From NCBI RefSeq assembly GCF_003334405.1, contig NZ_QOWM01000003.1: DNA of 64,000 nucleotides; one strand, written 5' to 3'. Below the pieces are notes generated by a model. It had not been told where the DNA came from and searched no databases. It was given only the letters and a program-made list of their open reading frames with translations. Both the position numbers and the translations under genes were made by a program. Positions 20,801-32,680 of the stretch are shown here, in pieces (within the stretch, counting starts at the first letter, position 1; the number at the start of each line of letters is the position of its first letter). The DNA comes from Escherichia coli. Lineage in GTDB: Bacteria > Pseudomonadota > Gammaproteobacteria > Enterobacterales > Enterobacteriaceae.

Positions 20801-23633
20801 TACTCTGGTAGGGATGGCTGTTTATGAGCATGGTACTGCTATCAACGACCAGACGGGTGTTATCAATATCAATGTTGGTACTGGTCAGGCGTTTTATAAC
20901 GATGGCACAGGAACAATTGTTAACTATGGTACAATCTGCACTTTCGGCGTGTGCCAATCGGGGAATGAGTACAATAATACAGATGATTTCACCTCACTGA
21001 TCTATACCGGTGGCGATACGATTACACGAAGCGGAGAAACTGTAACGCTAAATAAATCTGCTGCTGTGACTGATAAGCTGGCTGGGAATGTTGTTAATAG
21101 CGGAACGCTTTCCGGTGATCAAATTACGGTATCAAGCGGTCTTCTGGAAAATACCAGCGGTGGCATCATCAATAACTTAGTAAAACTTGACAAGGGTGCC
21201 GTCATTAAAAATGCCGGGGTGATGACGAATAACGTCGATGTTAGCGGTGGAATCCTCAATAATGCCGGAGAAATGACTGCGCAAATTACCATGAATGCTG
21301 GTGCTGATAGTTCGTTAGTGAACAACACCGGAACCATCAATAAAATCGTGCAGAACGCGGGGGTATTCAATAATAGTGGCAGTGTAACAGGGCGGATGAT
21401 GTCGGCTGGCGGGGTCTTTAATAATCAAACTGACGGGGCGATTATGAGAGGTGCTGCGCTGACAGGTACTGCAGTGGCAAATAACGAAGGAACCTGGAAC
21501 CTCGGAAGTAGTAGTGAGGGTAACAACACCGGGATGCTGGAAGTTAATAATAATTCAGCTTTCAATAACCGCGGCGAGTTTATTCTTGATAACGACAAGA
21601 ATGCTGTGCACATCAACCAGTCCGGTACGCTTTATAATACCGGTCACATGAACATCAGTAATTCTTCCCACAACGGAGCCGTTAATATGTGGGGCGGAAA
21701 TGGTCGTTTTATCAATGACGGAACGATTGATGTTTCTGCGAAGTCACTGGTAGTCAGCGCTAATAATGCCGGCGATCAGAATGCCTTCTTCTGGAACCAG
21801 GATAACGGGGTCATCAACTTCGATCACGACAGCGCCAGTGCCGTGAAAGTCACCCACAGCAACTTTATTGCCCAGAATGACGGCATCATGAACATCAGCG
21901 GCACCGGTGCTGTGGCTATGGAAGGTGATAAGAACGCGCAGCTGGTTAACAATGGCACCATCAACCTCGGTACCGCAGGCACTACTGACACGGGTATGAT
22001 CGGTATGCAACTCGATGCCAACGCCACGGCGGATGCGGTAATCGAAAACAACGGCACCATCAATATCTTCGCCAATGACTCGTTTGCATTTAGCGTACTG
22101 GGTACAGTAGGTCATGTGGTTAACAACGGCACGGTGGTGATTGCCGATGGGGTTACGGGTTCTGGACTGATCAAGCAGGGCGACAGCATCAATGTTGAAG
22201 GTATGAACGGTAACAACGGTAATAGCAGCGAAGTGCATTATGGCGACTATACGTTGCCGGATGTGCCGAAGCCCAATACGGTTAGTGTAACGTCGGGAAG
22301 TGATGAGGCTGGTGGCAGCATGAACAACCTCAACGGCTATGTCGTCGGTACCAACGTTAACGGCAGCGCCGGGAAGCTGAAGGTTAACAATGCCAGCATG
22401 AACGGCGTGGAGATTAACACGGGCTTTACCGCTGGTACGGCAGACACCACTGTGAGTTTTGATAACGTAGTGGAAGGTAGCAACCTGACCGACGCTGACG
22501 CCATCACCTCAACGTCCGTGGTATGGACTGCCAAAGGCAGCACCGATGCCAGCGGTAACGTTGACGTCACCATGAGCAAAAATGCCTACACCGATGTGGC
22601 AACAGATGCCTCGGTGAATGACATCGCGAAAGCACTGGATGCGGGTTACACCAACAACGAACTGTTTACCAGCCTGAACGTCGGCACGACTGCTGAACTG
22701 AACAGTGCTCTGAAACAGGTCAGCGGTAGCCAGGCGACCACGGTATTCCGCGAAGCGCGCGTGTTAAGCAACCGCTTTAGTATGCTGGCAGATGCCGCGC
22801 CGAAAGTGGGTAACGGTCTGGCGTTCAACGTTGTCGCGAAAGGCGATCCGCGTGCCGAGTTAGGTAATAATACCGAATACGACATGCTGGCATTGCGTAA
22901 AACTATCGACCTGAGCGAAAGCCAGACGATGAGTCTGGAGTACGGTATCGCTCGTCTCGATGGTGATGGTGCGCAGAAAGCGGGTGATAATGGCGTTACA
23001 GGCGGTTATAGCCAGTTTTTTGGCCTGAAACATCAGATGTCGTTCGATAACGGCATGAACTGGAATAACGCCTTGCGTTACGACGTTCACAACCTTGACA
23101 GCAGCCGCTCGATTGCATTTGGCAACACGAACAAAACGGCTGATACCGACGTGAAACAGCAGTACCTGGAGTTCCGCAGCGAAGGGGTGAAGACTTTCGA
23201 ACCGAGCGAAGGACTGAAGGTTACGCCATATGCGGGTGTAAAACTGCGTCACACACTGGAAGGTGGCTATCAGGAGCGCAATGCCGGAGACTTTAACCTG
23301 AATATGAACAGTGGCAGCGAAACGGCGGTGGACAGCATCGTCGGGCTGAAACTGGACTACGCAGGTAAAGACGGCTGGAGCGCTAGCGCTACGCTGGAAG
23401 GCGGGCCGAACCTGAGCTACGCGAAGAGCCAGCGTACGGCAAGCCTGGCAGGCGCAGGCAGTCAGCACTTTAACGTCGATGACGGTCAGAAGGGCGGCGG
23501 CATCAATAGCCTGACAAGCGTCGGCGTGAAGTACAGCAGCAAAGAAAGTTCGCTGAATCTGGATGCGTACAACTGGAAAGAGGATGGCATCAGCGATAAA
23601 GGCGTGATGCTGAACTTCAAGAAAACGTTCTAA
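17865..23633 (+). CDS. ydbA: giant autotransporter (type Va) adhesin-like protein, uninterrupted
   Basis: 1922-aa ORF; signal peptide MQRKTLLSACIALALSGQGWA; Pro/Asp/His-rich linker; Gly/Asn/Thr-rich beta-helical passenger with tandem repeats; C-terminal beta-barrel ending ...LNFKKTF. Confidence 0.85.
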   Translation: MQRKTLLSACIALALSGQGWAADITEVETTTGEKKNTNVTCPADPGKLSPEELKRLPSECSPLVEQNLMPWLSTGAAALITALAVVELNDDDDHHHRNNSPLPPTPPDDESDDTPVPPTPGGDEIIPDDPDDTPTPPKPVSFNNDVILDKTEKTLTIRDSVFTYTENADGTISLQDSNGRKATINLWQIDEANNTVALEGVSADGATKWQYNHNGELVITGDNATVNNNGKTTVDGKDSTGTEINGNNGKVIQDGDLDVSGGGHGIDITGDSATVDNKGTMTVTDPESMGIQIDGDKAIVNNEGESTITNGGTGTQINGDDATANNNGKTTVDGKDSTGTEINGNNGKVIQDGDLDVSGGGHGIDITGDSATVDNKGTMTVTDPESIGIQIDGDQAIVNNEGESTITNGGTGTQINGNDATANNSGKTTVDGKDSTGTKIAGNIGIVNLDGSLTVTGGAHGVENIGDNGTVNNKGDIVVSDTGSIGVLINGEGATVSNTGDVNVSNEATGFSITTNSGKVSLAGSMQVGDFSTGVDLNGNNNSVTLAAKDLKVVGQKATGINVSGDANTVNITGNVLVDKDKTADNAAEYFFDPSVGINVYGSDNNVTLDGKLTVVSDSEVTSRQSNLFDGSAEKTSGLVVIGDGNTVNMNGGLELIGEKNALADGSQVTSLRTGYSYTSVIVVSGESSVYLNGDTTISGEFPLGFAGVIRVQDKALLEIGSGATLTMQDIDSFEHHGTRTPELTYADSGAKIVNKGTVEIQNLGFAFVTGENTTGINSGTISLLQNGKDPAPSPIVLLATNGGSATNAGTITGKVTEQHSVFNKYSTGTSNSFIFNNDVSSITGLVAQSNSTIINTDSGIIDLYGRGSVGMLAIADSTAENQGKITLDSMWVDANDTTAMRDIASNSAIDFGTGVGVGTDSYSGAGKNATAINQLGGVITIYNAGAGMAAYGASNTVINQGTINLEKNGNYDDSLAANTLVGMAVYEHGTAINDQTGVININVGTGQAFYNDGTGTIVNYGTICTFGVCQSGNEYNNTDDFTSLIYTGGDTITRSGETVTLNKSAAVTDKLAGNVVNSGTLSGDQITVSSGLLENTSGGIINNLVKLDKGAVIKNAGVMTNNVDVSGGILNNAGEMTAQITMNAGADSSLVNNTGTINKIVQNAGVFNNSGSVTGRMMSAGGVFNNQTDGAIMRGAALTGTAVANNEGTWNLGSSSEGNNTGMLEVNNNSAFNNRGEFILDNDKNAVHINQSGTLYNTGHMNISNSSHNGAVNMWGGNGRFINDGTIDVSAKSLVVSANNAGDQNAFFWNQDNGVINFDHDSASAVKVTHSNFIAQNDGIMNISGTGAVAMEGDKNAQLVNNGTINLGTAGTTDTGMIGMQLDANATADAVIENNGTINIFANDSFAFSVLGTVGHVVNNGTVVIADGVTGSGLIKQGDSINVEGMNGNNGNSSEVHYGDYTLPDVPKPNTVSVTSGSDEAGGSMNNLNGYVVGTNVNGSAGKLKVNNASMNGVEINTGFTAGTADTTVSFDNVVEGSNLTDADAITSTSVVWTAKGSTDASGNVDVTMSKNAYTDVATDASVNDIAKALDAGYTNNELFTSLNVGTTAELNSALKQVSGSQATTVFREARVLSNRFSMLADAAPKVGNGLAFNVVAKGDPRAELGNNTEYDMLALRKTIDLSESQTMSLEYGIARLDGDGAQKAGDNGVTGGYSQFFGLKHQMSFDNGMNWNNALRYDVHNLDSSRSIAFGNTNKTADTDVKQQYLEFRSEGVKTFEPSEGLKVTPYAGVKLRHTLEGGYQERNAGDFNLNMNSGSETAVDSIVGLKLDYAGKDGWSASATLEGGPNLSYAKSQRTASLAGAGSQHFNVDDGQKGGGINSLTSVGVKYSSKESSLNLDAYNWKEDGISDKGVMLNFKKTF
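18543..19190 (+). repeat. in-frame tandem repeat, 294-bp unit (98 aa), about 2.2 copies, inside ydbA
   Basis: Unit NNNGKTTVDGKDSTGTEINGNNGKVIQDGDLDVSGGGHGIDITGDSATVDNKGTMTVTDPES... repeats at 18543 and 18837 with near-identical DNA; partial third copy from about 19131. Confidence 0.85.
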
Positions 23634-23653
23634 TTTTTAGCATGTGATCCCTA

Positions 23654-23687
23654 AACCGCAACGCTGATACAGGTTGCGGTTTTTTTA
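23654..23687 (+). terminator. rho-independent terminator of ydbA
   Basis: AACCGCAAC-gctgatacag-GTTGCGGTT followed by TTTTTTT. Confidence 0.65.
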
Positions 23688-23840
23688 TTGCCGGATGTGG
23701 TACGTGACGCGTTTTGTTTTGTGTCTTTCAGGACAATAGAGCAACTCATCCAGTAATCTTGTTTACACCTTCGCATTATTTATCTCTTTTCGTTTCTATA
23801 CTGATTTTTCTTAATCCGTTTTATTACAGGGCAGGGTGCG

Positions 23841-24701
23841 ATGAGCAGCAATACATTTACTCTCGGTACAAAATCCGTTAACCGTCTTGGTTATGGCGCG
23901 ATGCAACTGGCAGGTCCTGGAGTTTTTGGCCCCCCACGAGATCGCCACGTCGCTATAACCGTGCTGCGTGAGGCGCTGGCATTGGGCGTCAATCATATTG
24001 ATACCAGCGACTTTTATGGTCCGCACGTCACCAATCAGATTATCCGCGAAGCGCTTTATCCTTACTCTGACGACCTGACAATTGTCACTAAAATTGGTGC
24101 GCGGCGTGGAGAGGACGCATCCTGGTTGCCCGCATTTTCTCCGGCAGAGCTGCAAAAAGCGGTGCACGATAATCTACGTAATCTCGGGCTGGACGTGCTG
24201 GATGTGGTTAACCTGCGCGTTATGATGGGGGATGGTCATGGCCCAGCGGAAGGATCGATTGAGGCCAGCCTGACCGTGCTGGCAGAGATGCAACAACAAG
24301 GCCTGGTAAAACATATTGGCCTGAGCAACGTCACACCGACGCAGGTTGCAGAGGCGCGCAAGATTGCCGAAATTGTCTGTGTGCAAAACGAATACAACAT
24401 CGCGCACCGTGCTGATGATGCAATGATTGATGCTTTGGCCCACGATGGCATTGCCTACGTGCCGTTCTTCCCGCTCGGGGGCTTTACACCGCTGCAATCG
24501 TCCACACTTTCCGATGTTGCTGCGAGCCTGGGTGCAACACCAATGCAGGTGGCGCTGGCGTGGCTGTTACAGCGTTCACCGAATATTTTGCTGATCCCAG
24601 GGACGTCTTCGGTTGCGCATTTACGGGAGAATATGGCTGCTGAAAAATTGCATCTTTCTGAGGAAGTGTTGTCTACGTTGGATGGTATTTCGCGAGAATA
24701 A
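23841..24701 (+). CDS. ydbC: aldo-keto reductase family NAD(P)-dependent oxidoreductase
   Basis: 286 aa; AKR fold. Confidence 0.85.
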   Translation: MSSNTFTLGTKSVNRLGYGAMQLAGPGVFGPPRDRHVAITVLREALALGVNHIDTSDFYGPHVTNQIIREALYPYSDDLTIVTKIGARRGEDASWLPAFSPAELQKAVHDNLRNLGLDVLDVVNLRVMMGDGHGPAEGSIEASLTVLAEMQQQGLVKHIGLSNVTPTQVAEARKIAEIVCVQNEYNIAHRADDAMIDALAHDGIAYVPFFPLGGFTPLQSSTLSDVAASLGATPMQVALAWLLQRSPNILLIPGTSSVAHLRENMAAEKLHLSEEVLSTLDGISRE

Positions 24702-24711
24702 CGAATATACA

Positions 24712-24746
24712 AAAGGGAAAGATGCATTTCCCTTTTTTTCTTTTTT
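24712..24746 (+). terminator. rho-independent terminator of ydbC
   Basis: AAAGGGAAA-gatgca-TTTCCCTTT followed by a long T-run. Confidence 0.65.
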
Positions 24747-24763
24747 AATGGCATGGAGTGCAT

Positions 24764-27070
24764 ATGTTTAAGGCCAGGAATTGCGGCTGGATACGTTTAC
24801 TGCCCCTGTTTATGCTGAGTCTACCAGTACAGGCGGAACTTCGATGTGTTGCAAATGCAGTTGATATTGAATCATTTTTTTCTGCGGCTACCGCTGAAGA
24901 TAAACAACAAGTTGAACAAGCTATCAACAGTAGCGTGAATCTTGTCCCCTTCGGTTTATCTGCATCGAACTGGAAAGTGCATCGTGGCGATTTAGTGGTA
25001 GAAGGTAATATAGAGAGTAATCAAAAATTGATTGTTCTTGGGAATTTGACAGTCAAAGGTAATATTTCCACTTTCTCTCTTTCTAATCCATGGGTTATTC
25101 TCGGTAACGTGACGGCAACGAATATAGTTGCGGATTCACCACTGTTAATTACCGGTTCGATAAATGCAAGTGGACTGGTATTTATCGACTCATATTACGA
25201 TAATCCGTCTACGATTAAGGGGAGTATTAATGCGCGTGGGATATTTATCAATGACATAATTGCACCTGTTGTTGCGTCTTCGACAAATAGTGAATTCATG
25301 GTCCGTGCGAGTGACAAACATGACACTGAAAATGTCAAAAAAGCGCTGATGATAATAAATCCTGATGCATATTATTGGGGGCTAATTAATGATGAAGATG
25401 CTCTGAAAGAAATTTTTAAGCGAAGCAATATTCGCATGGCAGGGAATGTCTGTAATCAGATGAAAAAAGAAGCGCTGTTTCGCCCTAAGCCTTCTCCTGA
25501 GTTAGTGCAAGAATTGCAAATGCTGGATGAAGGCAAAGTTGCTGCATTTGAAGGACGAGACATTGCGACATTTGATCTTGCCGTAATGCGAACTCTCCCA
25601 AGGCTTAAAGGAATTTCAGCTAACCTACGCAAACAACTTATTAATAGCAATGATGAACAAACGATTGAAAGTATGGCGAGATATATGCCTGACAATGAGA
25701 TTCTGGAGTTGACCGATCAGCAATTGGGTTACCAGCCTGTTGTTCTGGGGTTGCTCGACCGTGAACCGCTCTCTGTCGAAATAATGACGCGAATGAGTCG
25801 TCTACCTGATGGTGTCGGTCCGTTGAATCTTGCGCTACGTGAAAATCTCCCTCTGGATATCGTCATGACTCTGGCGAAAAGAGATTGGGATATGATCATT
25901 CAGGAGCTTTATAAAGATGCGTGGTTATTGCCTGAATCCATTATTGATGGCTATATCCGCAGTGATGATTCCTCTATTCGTCAGGTCGGTGCTGGAGGAC
26001 AACTCACCTACAATCAGGCAATGCAGTTGGCGAACGATTCATCAAACAATGTTGTCACAAGCTTAGCGTTCAAGCTGGCAGAGATGAAACACCATGGTCA
26101 ATTGTTGCGGATGACGCCACAAGAGAGTGACAAAGTTGCAGGCTATTTATACCAAAAATTCGAGAATGACGATGATCTAATACGTGTGTTATTTTTAGCA
26201 TTGCCAGATAACTTACAGTTTAATTTTGTTAAAAGGATGGAGAAAAAATCCCCGGCCTACTTTTGCTGTCGGGATATGCAGGTAATTCACTCTGACGCTG
26301 CTTTACAACGGTTATTGACACGTTTCAACGATCCTGAAGGGTGGAGTAATCTGGCGAAAAATCAGTATCTGAGCACGTCGATGAAACAAAAAATTTGGCA
26401 ACGTGCTTTATCGCATCGGAAAAATAATCCGAAAGCAGATTCAGATGCATATGAAACCAGCGCTGATATGATTTTGTCTGAGCTGATTAGCCACGGCGAA
26501 GTTGATGACCAGATGCTATTAAATGCCACCGCCCTGATACGTTCGGACGACTGGGACTTTTTAGAGAGTGCATTAATTAGTTGGGATAATTTACCCGCTG
26601 TTGTTCTCAAGGAATTACAGCAAAACACGCCACGCAATGATATTTGGGCGAAGTTTTTTCTGAGGCAGGAAAACAGTTCCCGTGCGCAGGTTGACGAAGC
26701 GTTACGTGTTTATTATGCACTAGACCCCGATGCGTTAGCACAACTGGATGTACTGGCAAAACAACCGGATCGTATATGGTGGAGTACACTGGCGAAAAGC
26801 AATCTCACATTTTTCAAGTTCGGCGCACTTAACAACCGCCACACACCGCCTGCAGTACTGGCGGCAGAAATTGATCCCGAGTGGTGGATTGTGGCGATGA
26901 ATAATCCCCGTTTTCCAGTTGATGTATTAAAGGCGAGGCTGAAACGTGATCCTTTGCTGGCGTTAGAGCTTGTTAACCCTGAACTGGATTTAGTCCGCCA
27001 GCTGGCGCTTAACGGTAAGACGCGCGCAATACGGGAACAAGCGATGAGAAAACTTGATGAGTTGTATTGA
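24764..27070 (+). CDS. ydbD: large secreted repeat protein (DUF2773-type; beta-helical N-terminal region, alpha-repeat C-terminal region)
   Basis: 768-aa form from first ATG 24764 (ORF-track start 24758 is GTG); signal peptide MFKARNCGWIRLLPLFMLSLPVQA; lower GC than flanks. Confidence 0.8.
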   Translation: MFKARNCGWIRLLPLFMLSLPVQAELRCVANAVDIESFFSAATAEDKQQVEQAINSSVNLVPFGLSASNWKVHRGDLVVEGNIESNQKLIVLGNLTVKGNISTFSLSNPWVILGNVTATNIVADSPLLITGSINASGLVFIDSYYDNPSTIKGSINARGIFINDIIAPVVASSTNSEFMVRASDKHDTENVKKALMIINPDAYYWGLINDEDALKEIFKRSNIRMAGNVCNQMKKEALFRPKPSPELVQELQMLDEGKVAAFEGRDIATFDLAVMRTLPRLKGISANLRKQLINSNDEQTIESMARYMPDNEILELTDQQLGYQPVVLGLLDREPLSVEIMTRMSRLPDGVGPLNLALRENLPLDIVMTLAKRDWDMIIQELYKDAWLLPESIIDGYIRSDDSSIRQVGAGGQLTYNQAMQLANDSSNNVVTSLAFKLAEMKHHGQLLRMTPQESDKVAGYLYQKFENDDDLIRVLFLALPDNLQFNFVKRMEKKSPAYFCCRDMQVIHSDAALQRLLTRFNDPEGWSNLAKNQYLSTSMKQKIWQRALSHRKNNPKADSDAYETSADMILSELISHGEVDDQMLLNATALIRSDDWDFLESALISWDNLPAVVLKELQQNTPRNDIWAKFFLRQENSSRAQVDEALRVYYALDPDALAQLDVLAKQPDRIWWSTLAKSNLTFFKFGALNNRHTPPAVLAAEIDPEWWIVAMNNPRFPVDVLKARLKRDPLLALELVNPELDLVRQLALNGKTRAIREQAMRKLDELY

Positions 27071-27240
27071 TCCACAACGTAATGTTTTTTAACTATCTGA
27101 TTAATTGGGGATAATCATTCCTGACAGTGAGTCCCCAATACCTTGATATATTCTGAATTTTTAATGAAACGGCGTGTTGCGATATCTCCGTCAGGGGAAT
27201 TGATGCACCATAGCGCAAACCGAATTATCAAGGATTGATA

Positions 27241-27846
27241 ATGACGCTCTACCAGATAAAACCGCTCTTTCAGTCGCTGTTAAGGCCGACGATGTTTTGG
27301 CTTTATAAGCACCACGTTACAGCGAATCACATCACTCTTGCTGCACTGGCGCTTTCTCTTCTTACCGGATTGCTGTTGATGTTGGCGGCACAACCCATCC
27401 TCTTTTTGCTATTGCCCATCGTGCTTTTTATCCGTATGGCGCTCAATGCGCTGGATGGCATGTTGGCGCGTGAGTGCAACCAGCAAACACGTCTGGGGGC
27501 GATTTTGAATGAGACTGGCGATGTTATTTCCGAAATTGCGCTCTATTTACCATTTTTATTTTTACCGGAAAGTAACGCATCACTCGTGATACTCATGTTA
27601 TTTTGCACCATATTGACCGAGTTTTGCGGTTTACTCGCGCAGACGATTAACGGTGTTCGCAGTTATGCCGGTCCATTTGGCAAAAGCGATCGCGCGTTAA
27701 TATTTGGTCTGTGGGGTCTGGCCGTTGCCATTTATCCACAGTGGATGCAGTGGAATAATCTTTTATGGAGCATTGCTTCAATTCTGCTTCTCTGGACTGC
27801 GATTAATCGTTGTCGGAGTGTGCTTCTTATGAGCGCTGAAATATAA
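27241..27846 (+). CDS. ynbA: CDP-alcohol phosphatidyltransferase-family inner-membrane protein (PgsA-like)
   Basis: 201 aa from ATG 27241; motif NALDGMLARECNQQTRLGAILNETGD resembles PgsA [26 protein letters not shown] but with Asn at two Asp positions; multiple TM helices. Confidence 0.85.
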   Translation: MTLYQIKPLFQSLLRPTMFWLYKHHVTANHITLAALALSLLTGLLLMLAAQPILFLLLPIVLFIRMALNALDGMLARECNQQTRLGAILNETGDVISEIALYLPFLFLPESNASLVILMLFCTILTEFCGLLAQTINGVRSYAGPFGKSDRALIFGLWGLAVAIYPQWMQWNNLLWSIASILLLWTAINRCRSVLLMSAEI

Positions 27847-28742
27847 TGCTGGAAAAATCTCTGGCAACACTTTTCGCGTTGTTAATTTTAGCAACGCTGA
27901 TAAACCGTTTTCTGCTATGGCGGTTACCGGAGAGAAAAGGGGGTGAGGTTACATTACGTATTCGTACCTGGTGGGGCATCGTCATTTGTTTTTCAATGGT
28001 GATTTCAGGTCCACGCTGGATGACGTTGACGTTTTTTGCGCTGATAAGTTTTCTGGCATTGAAAGAATATTGTACGCTTATATCTGTACATTTTCCGCGT
28101 TGGTTATATTGGGGTATTCCTCTTAACTATTTGCTTATCGGTTTTAATTGCTTTGAGCTGTTTCTGTTATTTATACCTTTGGCTGGGTTTCTGATATTAG
28201 CCACCGGGCAAGTTTTAGTGGGTGACCCCTCTGGTTTTCTGCATACCGTGAGCGCCATTTTTTGGGGCTGGATAATGACCGTTTTCGCCTTGAGTCATGC
28301 CGCCTGGTTATTAATGTTGCCAACCACAAATATCCAGGGCGGGGCGTTACTGGTGTTATTTCTTTTGGCATTAACCGAGTCAAACGATATTGCACAGTAT
28401 TTATGGGGAAAATCCTGCGGCAGAAGAAAAGTGGTCCCTAAAGTCAGCCCGGGAAAAACATTGGAAGGTCTGATGGGCGGCGTCATCACCATCATGATTG
28501 CGTCACTGATTATCGGACCGTTACTGACACCGCTAAATACATTACAGGCATTATTAGCGGGTTTGTTAATTGGTATTAGTGGTTTTTGCGGCGATGTCGT
28601 GATGTCAGCCATCAAACGAGATATTGGTGTTAAAGATAGCGGAAAACTATTGCCAGGACATGGCGGACTCCTTGACAGGATTGACTCATTAATTTTCACC
28701 GCTCCGGTATTTTTTTATTTTATACGCTACTGCTGTTACTGA
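27846..28742 (+). CDS. ynbB: CdsA-like phosphatidate cytidylyltransferase paralogue
   Basis: 298 aa; exact CdsA C-terminal signature SAIKRDIGVKDSGKLLPGHGGLLDRIDS; start overlaps ynbA stop by 1 nt. Confidence 0.85.
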   Translation: MLEKSLATLFALLILATLINRFLLWRLPERKGGEVTLRIRTWWGIVICFSMVISGPRWMTLTFFALISFLALKEYCTLISVHFPRWLYWGIPLNYLLIGFNCFELFLLFIPLAGFLILATGQVLVGDPSGFLHTVSAIFWGWIMTVFALSHAAWLLMLPTTNIQGGALLVLFLLALTESNDIAQYLWGKSCGRRKVVPKVSPGKTLEGLMGGVITIMIASLIIGPLLTPLNTLQALLAGLLIGISGFCGDVVMSAIKRDIGVKDSGKLLPGHGGLLDRIDSLIFTAPVFFYFIRYCCY

Positions 28743-28757
28743 AGGAAAATAGAGAAA

Positions 28758-31821
<3,064 letters not shown>

Positions 31822-31830
31822 GTGGATTGA

Positions 31831-31860
31831 GATGTGGACTGAATATCTACAGTCCACATC
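31831..31860. terminator. bidirectional terminator between convergent ynbD and azoR
   Basis: Perfect 11-bp stem GATGTGGACTG-aatatcta-CAGTCCACATC. Confidence 0.6.
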
Positions 31861-31874
31861 AAGACCGTGTCCGG

Positions 31875-32489
<615 letters not shown>

Positions 32490-32680
32490 TTATAGATGTT
32501 TGAATGGGCGATGCCCCGTTGCTTGTTGACACTTTATTCACAATCCTGCCACAGAGATAGCGCAATAAATCGAAGCCTATGTTCGAATTTATTGAACAAC
32601 GCATAGAAAGCCGCGATGTGGTACTCTATATCTATCATTTAAAAGAAAATTAATCAGGCAGACTACTGCCCACTAACGTT

